From Eledone cirrhosa (Eukaryota), in the NCBI GenBank assembly GCA_964016885.1, contig OZ024740.1:126790001-126854000 (forward strand): a stretch of DNA of 64,000 nucleotides. The letters are read 5' to 3'. Shown one piece after another: positions 23,501 to 34,625 of the stretch. Position 1 is the first letter of the stretch. Every line of letters starts with the position of its first letter. The notes beneath the pieces are model-generated. The model was not told the DNA's origin. It worked only from the letters and a program-made list of their open reading frames with translations, and ran no database searches. Made by a program: the position numbers and the translations under genes.

Positions 23501-24531
23501 CTAGACACGTATTTCCCCAGTTCGTTTCCTTGACGGAGCTGCAGTCCTGGGTCAAGCAAAGACCGAGAGGGAGCGCCTGGAGACTGGAATGTCTTCAGGC
23601 GCTCACAACCCTCGACCAATCGGGCAATGTGATCGGTGGAAACTCCACCTTGGCGTTCTATAGAGGATTAGTGGAGGGAAAGAGAGACGACGTACTTGGG
23701 GAAACTCTAGGCGTCGACGAAAATCAACTAGCCAATCTCTTCGGAAGAACTTTCGGGCCGGGACCTATGGACAACTTCCAGAAATCTCTGGCCAGGCAGT
23801 GCTACCAAGGAGCCTTGCCAGTTCGGGATAAACTCTACAGGCATTGAGGTGCCGTCAGCCGGGCATCTCCGAGATGCGCGCAGCTCGACGAAACCGTCCT
23901 GCACGCTCTCGTCCAGTGTTCGAAAATGTTTAACTTGTGTGTCTATGACGAACACCTGCTGTCGCGTGTAGGACGGATCCGGCTATCATCTGAGTCCATC
24001 GTGAGGATTGCCCCGCCCTCTTCCTTTAGCCGGGAAGGGCAGGCAGTTTTTATCTGTCTGGTGGCCATGGCGAAAGAGATAGTATGGTGGACACGTTTGA
24101 AAGGGCTGAAGACAAGCACTTACCTCTTCGGTGATGCCCTGATTGACTTTTTCAAATTTCATTTGAAAATGAAAATCAGGGTAGTGAGGGAAGTGCTCTC
24201 TTCCCAGTATTTTGTTGAAAGATGGGTGAGAGAAGCAAGAATGGCCCGAGTGATGGGCCTACTCTGAGTACGTATCTGTAAATTAAAAGTGGAAAACTGA
24301 GAGAGGGCACTTGCCTTGGTGGTCAGAGTCACTGTGGCCTTTTACTGGGCTTTCTCCACAAATGTCCCTCCGAAGTCTCCCCCCTATTGGGGAATTTTTC
24401 ATTGTTATTTTTTGGTTACATCCCCTGTTTTTTTTTTTACACGCAGAAATGCATATTTGTACCGTCCTGTATTGTCCTGCACTGTCCTTAATGTCTACTT
24501 TATGTAAACCCTTGTGATTAATAAAGAAAAC
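20521..24531 (+). mobile_element. L1/Tx1-type LINE, internally deleted
   Basis: ORF1 pieces (20733-22194) with CIVCGEGTHLRAFC knuckle. ORF2 start LNIDVVAISETRF (APE) is joined directly to a post-YADD segment, then LFRFLW..RGGLG and C-terminal ETVLHALVQC. Ends AATAAAGAAAAC; (ATT)n both sides. Confidence 0.8.
21355..22194 (+). pseudogene. L1/Tx1 ORF1 (gag-like, CX2CX4HX4C zinc knuckle) fragment
   Basis: GRRPRCIVCGEGTHLRAFCP, followed by a Pro/Thr-rich region and WETVSGKKKK. Confidence 0.75.
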
Positions 24532-24561
24532 ATTATTATTATTATTACTGTTGTTATTACA

Positions 24562-26154
24562 CTTTGAGTCTCAGTCATTGATGTTAGTTAACTGGAAAGT
24601 TTGTTGAAATGAATATCAAGCCACTACCTGCAGCCTCAGATATTCAGGACGTATCGGAGGGTTCTTGCTGTTCCCAGCAAGCATGCCTTTTAAAGCGTTC
24701 CAAAAAGCGTGAAGCGGCGCATTTTTTTCCCCATCCTTGGGAACTTTTTGAGATAGTACCTAGTGCGCCTATGAAAATCGGGATCACTTTGACTTCATGG
24801 CATTTCCAAATCCTTTTTACCTCCCACTTTAAGTCCTGGTATCGGTTAATTTTTTCCCTCTCCTTCTCTTGCACTCTCGTGTCGAATGGGCAGGCCACAT
24901 CCACAATCAGGCACGATCTTCTTTCTTTGTCCACAACCACCAGGTCAGGTCTATTGTGTTCCAGTTTCTTGTCCGTCTGTATCCTAAAATCCCACAGCAC
25001 CTTCACCTGATAGTTTTCTATCACCGCCTCTGCCTTATGCTCATCCCACTTCTCAGAATATGGTAAATTGTTTTCTTTGAATAGGTGCCAGTGGATCACC
25101 CTGCCCATCACATCATGTCTCCAGCCCTTATAATGAGTCTGGGCTAGGTGTTTACACTCGGATACAATGTGAGCCACAGTCTCCTCCCTCTCTCTCCACA
25201 GATCATGCACAGTGGGCTAGCGTCCTCCTTGTAAATATGGTGTTTCAACCACTTCGTTTTGAGGGCCTGCTCCTGCTCAGCCATTAACATTCCTTCTGTA
25301 GCCTTTTTAAGGTCTCCTCTTCTCAACCAGTTCCATGTCTGTGGATCTCTAAATTCAGTTTTCTCAAAGAAGTTACTATGAAGTGATTTTCCTGAAGGCT
25401 GCTCTTTCTCCTTGATGTTATTTGCTCCTTGGACATCCTCTGGCCTATTGTCCCCTCCTTCAGTACAGTTCTGAACATTGGCTCCTTACTATCAGTCACG
25501 TATTTGTGTAGGTTGTTTTTCTCCATCTGAACACAGTCCTCTATGCTGATAAGACCTCTTCCACCCTCAGATCTCCTTAAGTAGAGTCCATCAACATCAC
25601 TCCTCTTGTGGAACATGTTGTAGATAGTCAATAGCTTCCTAGTCTTCCTATCCATTTCTTTCTGTTCAGCAACATTCCATCTCAGAATTCCCGCACTGTA
25701 CCTAATAATAGACACAGCTCGGGAATTTACTGCACTTATGGCATTCCTACTGTTTAGATGTGACTTTAATACGCTCCTTACTCTCCGAATGTATTCAGTT
25801 CTTATCAATTCCTTCATTTTTTTGTTCTTGATGTCATCAGCCTCGAGAACACCGATATACTGTATCCTTCTTCAGAGTCAATTTCCTTTATCATCTCACC
25901 CGTTGGTACCTGGATTCCGTTACTTCTGCTCAACTTACCCCTCTTCATCACAATGACTCCACACTTACTAATACCAAATTGCATACATATATCATTGCTG
26001 AAAATACGGACAGTGTCAACAAGCACATCCAACTCCTTCACACTCTTCCCGAAGAGCTTAAGATCGTCCATGAAGAGGAGGTGATTGATGGTAAGCCCTC
26101 CCTTTCCCAACCTGTTTCCTTCTCTCACTTTTCGCAGTGCACAGGTCAGGGGCA
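24562..26154 (-). mobile_element. R4/Dong-type family A, 5'-truncated
   Basis: ORF pieces 24644-26191 match the C-terminal half of the 1130-aa ORF; same 3' UTR; (TTA)n flanks. Confidence 0.92.
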
Positions 26155-26172
26155 TTATTATTATTATTATTA

Positions 26173-29100
26173 TTCCTTGAATCTCAGTCATTGATGTTAG
26201 TTAACTGGAAAGTCCGTTGGAATGAATATCAAGCCACTACCTGCAGCCTCAGGTATTCAGGACGTATCGGAGGGTTCTTGCTGTTCCCAGCAAGCATGCC
26301 TTTTGAAGCGTTCCAAAAAGCGTGGAGGGGCCGATTTTCTTTAACCATGCCTGGAAACTTTTGGAGATAGTCCCCAGTGCGCCTATGACAATCGGGATCA
26401 CTTTGACTTCATGGCAGTTCCAAATCCTTTTTACCTCCCACTTTAAGTCCTGGTATCGGTTAATTTTCTCCCTCTCCTTCTCTTGCACTCTCGTGTCGAA
26501 TGGGCAGGCTACATCCACAATCAGACACGATCTTTTTTCTTTGTCCATAACCACCAGATCAGGACTATTGTGTTCCAGTATCTTGTCCGTCTGTATCCTA
26601 AAATCCCACAGCACCTTCACCTGATCGTTCTCCACCACCGCCTCTGGCTTATGCTCACACCATTTCTCAGAATGTGGTAGATTGTTTACTTTGTACAGGT
26701 GCCAGTGGATCACCATGCCCATCACATCATGTCTGCAGCCCTTTTAGTGGGTCTGGGCTAGGTGTTTACACTCGGATACAATGTGAGCCACAGTCTCCTC
26801 TCTCTCTCCACAGATCATGTACAGTGGGCTAGCCTCCTCCTTGTAAATATTGTGTTTCAACCACTTCGTTTTGAGGGCCAGCTCCTGCGCAGCCATTAAC
26901 ATTCCTTCTGTAGCCTTTTTAAGGTCTCCTCTTCTAAACCAGTTCCATGTCTGTGGATCTCTAAATTCAGTTTTCTCAAAGAAGGTACTATGAAGCGATT
27001 TTTCCTGAAGACTGCTCTTTCTCCTTGATGTTATTTCCTCCTTGGACATCCCCTGGCCTATTGTCGCCTCCTTCAGTACAGTTCTGAGCATTGGCTCCTT
27101 ACTATCAGTCACGTATTTGTGTAGGTTGTTTTTCTCCATCTGAACACAGTCCTCTATGCTGATAAGACCTCTTCCACCCTCAGATCTCCTTAGGTAGAGT
27201 CTATCGACATCACTCCTCTTGTGGAACATGTTGTAGATAGTCAATAGCTTCCTAGTCTTCCTATCCATTTCTTTTTGTTCAGCAAAATTCCATCTCAGAA
27301 TTCCCGCACTGTACCTAATAATAGACACAGCTCGGGAATTTACTGCGCTCATGGCATTTCTGCTGTTCAGATGTGACGTCAATACGCTCCTTGTTCTCCG
27401 AATGTATTCAGTTCTTAACAATTCCTTCATTTTTTTGTTCTTTATGCCATCAGCCTCCAGAACACCCAACTACTTGTATCCTTCCTCAGAGACAATTTCC
27501 TTTATCATCTCACCTGTTGGTATCTGGATTCCGTTACTTCTGATCAACCTACCCCTCTTCATCACAATGACTCCACACTTACTAATACCAAACTGCATAC
27601 ATATATCACTGCTGAAAATACGGAGAGAGTCAACAAGCACATCCACCTCCTTCTCACTCTTCCCGAAGAGCTTAAGATCGTCCATGAAGAGGAGGTGATT
27701 GATGGTAAGCCGTCCCTTTCCCAACCCGTATCCTGCGCTCACTTTTCGCAGTACACTGGTCACGGGCATCAGGGCAAGGACAAACAACAGAGGGGACAAG
27801 CTATCTCCCTGGAAGATACCTCTCTTGATCTTCACGCTTCCCAAGGATTCTCCAGCTGATGTCAACTCTGTTTCCCAGAACCTCATACTCTTGCCCAGCA
27901 ACTGTCTGATGTTATCTGCCACCTTGAATATCTCCAGGTTTTGGTGATCCAAGAATGAGGCACCATGTCAAATGCCTTTCTGTAGTCTATCAATCCCATG
28001 GCAAAATCAGTGTGTCTCCTCCTGCAATTCCCCATTACCATCTTATAAATAAGTAACTGGTCCTTTGTACCACATGACTTCTTTCGGCATCCTTTATGTT
28101 CGTCCGGTAACAAGTTGTTTGTGTGGAGGTGATGGTAGATTTCCTCAGACACAATGATCGTCAACAGTTTCCACATTACGGACAGATATGTGATAGGTCT
28201 ATAGTTGGTAACATCATTACCCTTGATTCGGTCTTTCATTATCAGAACTGTGGTACCTTTTGTCAACCACTCTGGTACCTCACCTGACATCAAGCAGTCA
28301 TTGAACATGGTTGTCAGTTTCGGGTGGAGGGATGTTATATTTTCAATCCAATACCCCTGCACACCATCTGGGCCTGGTGATTTCCAGTTGGTTAGTTTCT
28401 TGGCCTGCCCCTTAAGAGTTTCAACTGTGATACTCAAATCAGTGTGTTGGTGTGCCTGCTCACCGATCTCCCTCTGTACTGTCTCAATCCACCCTGCCTG
28501 GTCATTATGTCTAACATCCTGCTCCCATATTCCTCCTAGAATGTTTTAGTTTGTTCCGCCTCAGGGATCAAGTCGTTGCCTCTTTCTTTCCTCTCAAGCT
28601 GTCCAAACAGCATCTTCTGGTTGTTGTCGAACATGCGGTTCTGTTTATACTGACTGACTCTGTTCTCGTATCACCTATTTTTGCACTCTTTGCTACAATG
28701 CGTTGCTTCAGTTCCTCTATGATAATATTTAGCTTTTTCCTCCTAGTTTTGTACTTTATTTCCAGTCTATTTTTAGTGTCTATGTTTTTTAGTGTCCCAT
28801 TCAGTAGTGACTCAAGCTTTCCAATGTCATTCCTCATTTCCCTGATTTGACCATTCAGTCGTTTCTTCCACCAAGGCTCTGCTCTTTCATGTCTGTTGTT
28901 TCCTCTCGCTTTTATACCAAGTAGTTTCCTCACCGTATTTGCTGTTGCTTTGAGTATATTGTTGCACTGGTGAAGGCTCCTCGCCTCAAGGTATGGGATG
29001 ACTTTGTTTACCTTAGCTGTTGTTTCTTTTAACTTTTTCCTGTCTACAAATCTTAGGTTCATAGGTCTCCCACTATCATTGTTCAATTCATCTACCACTA

Positions 29101-30976
29101 AATTTAGGATGACAACCGAATCTTGTCCTAGCCCGTCAGTTTTCATCTCCTCAGTGGCCGTATCTCTGTTCCAGGTATTATTTAACTCAGTGTTCAGATC
29201 ATTGTCTGCTTCGGGTGGTTCCTCCGTTCTCTCGACCTCTTCACCTTCATTTCGTACTGGCTCGTTTGCCTGGCATACTCCACTCTCCATCTCCAAGCTA
29301 ATCTCTCTGCTCAGTTCCTCCAGTTCCAGCTCGCTTATCCACCCATTAGTTCTTATTACCCGAGCCTGCCCGGCTAATTTTTGTTCATCTAATTTAAATA
29401 GACCAATCTCGTTCCAGATGTTATGCATCCGTCTCCTATAGCCCCTCTCCTTGGGGTTACTTTTCAGGTAACATTGCATAACCGTTCTATTCAATTCTTT
29501 CGTCCAGTTGGTTCTGGTCCCTTTCCTTCTTCTTCTTCCTCCGACACCAGCAGTATTTGGTTGACAGCCAGGTTCCTGCTGCTGAGCCAGGGAGCACCTG
29601 TTGGGTGAGAGTCTTTCACATGACGTTCTAGTCTCCATTTCACCGTTATTCGAACTGTTTAGGTTCGATATTTAAACACTCTTATCGAGGATTGGCGAAT
29701 GTATGGTTACATAACCATCTGTGGATTCACCGTCTCCGGTGGTTACGCCGCTCCACTTGGCTCTTGTGTGGCATTATCACCACGCTGTAGACGAACACAA
29801 ATAAACAAACAAACACACAGGCAGAAAAAAAACCAAAAATGAATAAGCATAAGTTTCATTGTAATGTAGTGTTCGAATGTCTAACTTAGTTTTCCCCTAC
29901 TCTTCTCTGTCCGTCCGCTTGTTTCTCTCTTCATTCTTATTTTCTTTACGTTTTTTTTTTTGTTTTTGTTTTTCTCTGTTTGTTTTTCTCTTTTTTTGCT
30001 GTTGTTGCTGTGCTGCTTTGGTTATGATGTTTGTTTTTTTCTTTTTTCTTTTGAGTCTATCTATATATTTTGATGCCTTCCTCTTTTTTAGTAGGAATTC
30101 TATAATGTGGTGGCAGCAACTAGCAGGAAGCAATGGGAGAGAATAGCGGCGGTAGCGATACTGAGACAGTGGTGGTGGTGGTGATGTCGATACTGAGGCA
30201 GTGGTGGTGGTGATGTGATCGTATTACTGTAGTGATGGTGTTGTAGCGGTGGTAGCAATGAAGGAGTGGTGGCGGCGCTGATGGGATAGTGGTAGTAATG
30301 ATGGCAGGGGAGGTGGTCATGTGGTCGTATTACTGTAGTGATGGTGTTGTAGCGGTGGTAGCAATGAAGGAGTGGTGGCGGGGGTGATGGGATAGTGGTA
30401 GTAATGATGTATGGGCGGCGTTGTCGTTACTGATGTCCGTTCGGTGAATCTATGGGGTTAGTCGCGTATATGTGTTGACATAAATTCCCTTAATGTTGGA
30501 GTTAAACATTTTGTTAAAACTTAGGACAATAATAATAGTATTTATTATTATCATTATTATGTTGAGATTGGTTGTGGTGGTGGTGAAATTGCCGTTATCT
30601 GGCTGTTGTGTTTAGTGTACACAGAGAGGTGATGGGGTAGGTGGTGTATCTAGTTTCTGGTGTTGGTGAGATTGGTGTTGTTTGGCTGTTCTATATAGTG
30701 TAGACAGAGGAGGGGGGTTCTTCTTCTTCCATTTATAGCCATTTTCTTTTTTGAATATACAATGTGCAATACAAAGTTGAATATTTGAATATTTGAGCCT
30801 TATAACAATATATTTTGGGTCCGAATTTTTTGGGGGCTCAAGCCGGATGCTTTACGTAGCATTTGTACTAAGAGTTGTTATTTCACAAATGATTTAAATA
30901 TGTTAAAAATTCAAAACTTACGGGAGCGATTTCATGACCTTCTACCACCTCGTGCGTCTTCTTCCCTATTCTTCCC
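26173..30976 (-). mobile_element. R4/Dong-type family A, full-length but frameshifted
   Basis: ORF pieces from METRTSC (29638) to RYVLNT (26249) are collinear with the intact ORF. 5' UTR homologous to 14985-16353. Confidence 0.93.
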
Positions 30977-31022
<46 letters not shown>

Positions 31023-31024
<2 letters not shown>

Positions 31025-31413
31025 AGTTGCATTTATCTTGCTTTATGTTCATACAAGTTATCACCAAGTCACAACCAGTGACCTCAAGAGACAACAAGGT
31101 CCGCCATGTTCAAGAAAGAACATACATATTCACACATGCATCTTTAGTGTTTAGACTTGTGATGTACTTATATTGACAGAATCTTCCTTAGTATATGGGC
31201 AGTTCCCATTAGTACTATCTTTTGTATTTCTCCTATACGCGGGTTTCCTGGGATTTGCGATAAGTAATCATTAGACCCCTTAGGTATCATTCCCAGAGCG
31301 CCTACAACCACTGGTATTGTTTTAGTTCTGAATTTCCACATTTTTCCAATTTCTATCTCCAGGTCCTTATACTTGCTCAATTTTTCAAATGTTTTTATAG
31401 ATACATTCTTGTC

Positions 31414-31416
<3 letters not shown>
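31023..31416 (-). mobile_element. R4/Dong-type family B, very short 3' fragment
   Basis: KYKDLEIEIGKMW..ILRKILSI plus family B 3' UTR; (TTA)n both sides. Confidence 0.9.
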
Positions 31417-31484
<68 letters not shown>

Positions 31485-31505
31485 CATTGCTGTTATTAAT
31501 ATTGG

Positions 31506-31586
<81 letters not shown>
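31414..31586. repeat. (TTA)n and (TAG)n microsatellites
   Basis: Perfect trinucleotide runs. Confidence 0.95.
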
Positions 31587-31587
<1 letters not shown>

Positions 31588-32351
31588 TTTGGTCGTCGTA
31601 GTAGTATAACATCATAAATAATAGGGATTTCTACTTTCAGAAATAAGGCTTCGTAATGATTAATATTAGCAACAATGACAATCACGAAATCCAATAGCAT
31701 TTATCTAAGATTATCCCATTTCACGGCCGGTAATACCACATACACACCCATAAAACAAAACGAAAGTCAAACAAAAAAATAGGAAGAAAACATTAAACGT
31801 AACTAATCTAAACGCATTTGAAAACAACACCTTCTTCAATGGAAACGAATAATATGAACAATGCAAGAGTAATTCTTTAGTGGGTCATAAGATTTTGATT
31901 TCTGTTAATGAAAAATCCTGCAAGCTTATTTCTTTGATATCACGAAAAAAGAGCAAGGTAAATTAGCGACGATCTTATTTGTTTCAGATGAACGTTAATA
32001 CAATAGAATGTTAATAGCACAATATAACACACTTTCTCAAGGTTTTTATGTTTTATATGTATTGTGGGAATTTTTTTGCTTCCATATTTATTATGAAAGA
32101 GTTTGCGTTTCTTTATGGATTGTGATGGAATGTGATTTTTCTATTTTGTTTTATTCCTACTCATACTATTATCGAGATTCTATATTGTGTCTTCATAAAT
32201 TCATCACTGGCTTAAGGTTTCTTGTGTGTTTGTGTATTTCGTGGGTGTGGTAAAATGTGTATGTGGATGTGTGTTATTTGTCTTTCATCTTTTTTTACTT
32301 TGTACTGTAACTTGTTCTAACTTCTCACCCACTCTCTGTCTCTTTATATAC

Positions 32352-32441
<90 letters not shown>

Positions 32442-32449
32442 TAATAATA

Positions 32450-33164
32450 AATTTCAAGACTAAAATCGAAAGAGGTATGTGTGTGCGATTGTTATTTACG
32501 TATTTATTTATTTATATACGTTTATATAATTATTTATTTATTTATTTGTATACACGCATACACACACACACATATTTATATGTGTGTGGTTTTATATACC
32601 TATGGTAAGTGTTTTGCGTATGCTTGTGTATGTACGTATTTGTTTGCGTGTATGTATTTATTTATTTCTATTACTTCTGTATTGTATAACTTTACTTTGT
32701 TCTTAACTCTGTAACGGAGATTCATTCGGTCTCCTAGTTAGAATTTTAGTCTACAACTACCGCTATACCATTTACGTGGTTTTGTCTTTGCGTGCTATTG
32801 TTCTCCACGCACAACATATGACGTATTATCTTCGTTTTTTTTTCGTTCATTGCCAGAGAACGTCTCTATGAACCACCTAAGAGCACATTAGTCTACGACC
32901 TCTTTTATACCATAAACGTGGTTCTGTCTTTGCGCGTAATTGTTTTTCACCGCTCCTATTAATGACGTATCTTATTCGTTTTTTCCCGTTCTTTGCCAGC
33001 GAACGTTTCCACGAACCAAAGTATCGTCTTCCTGTCTTCCTCCGGTTGCAACGTCTTTTGAAATATCCACTTCTGCGTTTACAGATTGACTTTGTTAGTT
33101 TCAGAAGATCCCGTTAAGGGTGAAAGCAGTGATTCTTTGCTTAAACTTTAATCTGTTATTTTAA

Positions 33165-33170
<6 letters not shown>
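32450..33170 (+). mobile_element. Solo PLE 3' UTR / pseudo-LTR with internal ~142-bp duplication
   Basis: 32710-33170 is collinear with the Naiad 3' UTR at 35963-36285. TTAGTCTAC...GAACCA repeats at ~32746 and ~32888; ends in (TA)n. Confidence 0.7.
33097..33147 (+). ncRNA. Hammerhead-like motif with variant core CAGAAGA
   Basis: AGTTT-CAGAAGA-T[CCC gttaa GGG]T-GAAA-GCAG..TTGC-TT-AAACT; stems I, II and III all pair. Confidence 0.55.
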
Positions 33171-33219
<49 letters not shown>

Positions 33220-33420
33220 GTGAGGTTTTTTTTACAAAATGAAAAATAACCGAGATGTCCTACACGAGTGAAAGTATAAAGAAAAAGAGATGAAATCGAA
33301 AATGCAACTGGAGTCTTATTTTTATAAAAAATATATATATTTATTTCGGTTTCGGTTTCGCAGTTCTTCTGCTTTTCAAATGGTGGGTTGAGATGGAGGG
33401 TCTGTAGTTTTTCTCACATC

Positions 33421-33512
<92 letters not shown>

Positions 33513-33521
33513 TATTTATAT

Positions 33522-33593
<72 letters not shown>

Positions 33594-33594
33594 T

Positions 33595-33941
33595 GTTATA
33601 CTTTGGGAGGGTCATGTTGCCTCTCCTTTGTTCTGTCCTACGCCATCTTGAAGATGGCGTAGGACAGAACAAAGGAGAGGAACAAAAAACAAAGAAAAGA
33701 ACCCCAGTCACTGAAGAGGTCACAGAATGTGTGATGAAAGAACTTTGACAATATATAAGCAGCCATCTGGTTGTGGAACCAACCAACCAACCGGAAATTT
33801 ATAAATTAATAATAATACATTGAAGTGAAAGCAACTGGTGCGTGCGTTTCTTATTGGCAACATGACCCTCCCAAAGTATAACAATATCGGTTTCAACACA
33901 CGTTTTCAGATAAAGAATCTTGCTAAACAAATTCAGAAACG

Positions 33942-33945
<4 letters not shown>
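33595..33945 (+). mobile_element. Miniature fold-back PLE pseudo-LTR
   Basis: Perfect 30-bp-arm hairpin at 33620-33680. 33595-33621 is the reverse complement of 33856-33882. Contains a hammerhead; 3' tail homologous to 45261-45330; (TA)n flanks. Confidence 0.7.
33707..33749 (+). ncRNA. Minimal type I hammerhead ribozyme motif
   Basis: GTCA-CTGAAGA-GG[TCACA gaatg TGTGA]T-GAAA-GAAC-TT-TGAC. Confidence 0.65.
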
Positions 33946-34038
<93 letters not shown>

Positions 34039-34042
34039 GAGA

Positions 34043-34125
<83 letters not shown>

Positions 34126-34143
34126 AGAGAGAGAGAAGAAGAA

Positions 34144-34204
34144 GTTTATGAAATGGAAATGCGGGTATAAAAATTCTTTATACCCGCATTTCCATTTCAT
34201 AAAC
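34144..34204. repeat. Perfect inverted repeat, 28-bp arms
   Basis: GTTTATGAAATGGAAATGCGGGTATAAA / TTTATACCCGCATTTCCATTTCATAAAC next to (GA)n. Confidence 0.85.
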
Positions 34205-34400
34205 CTCTTCTCGATATTTTCTCCGGATTTTAAAACACATTTTATTATACGTTGAGCAATCTCCGACGTTGACTCCATCCAATGCAACTACTTAGTAACA
34301 TTGGAATACAAATTTACTAATTCTTCACACTCCTTTATATATATATATAGAATAAGGAAAAGCGAAGTAGTTTCAGATGTTCAAGTCCTTTAATAATAAT

Positions 34401-34474
34401 GCTGTGATATATATTTCAGTGACGACACTCGCCACACTGTTCTGTGTGCGAGTGTCGTGTCATCATCAGACAGC
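34401..34474 (-). ncRNA. Type I hammerhead ribozyme motif
   Basis: Minus strand: GCTGT-CTGATGA-[TGA..CGACACTCGC ACAC agaaca GTGT.GCGAGTGTCG TCA]-CT-GAAA-TATATA-TC-ACAGC. Palindromic stem III, AUC triplet. Confidence 0.75.
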
Positions 34475-34625
34475 TTGTTACATAATAAGTTTATGATTCC
34501 GAGGCAATCCAAATTGGATCGACATATATATACATATATACTTATATTTATATATATTTATATATATGCATGTACTTATATTTGTATAAAGAGTGGATTT
34601 GTCGATAAGGTAGCATATATCGAGT

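Noticed and set aside
8594-31480. Repeat-spacer pattern resembling CRISPR or telomeric arrays
   Set aside because: Repeats are variable-length (TTA)n between kilobase retroelements; eukaryotic context, no cas genes, no TTAGGG
31590-32340. Possible host exon in non-repetitive AT-rich stretch
   Set aside because: No ORF with recognisable motifs or credible splice pattern
33330-33380. Minus-strand CAGAAGA...GAAA hammerhead-like string
   Set aside because: No consistent stems I and II
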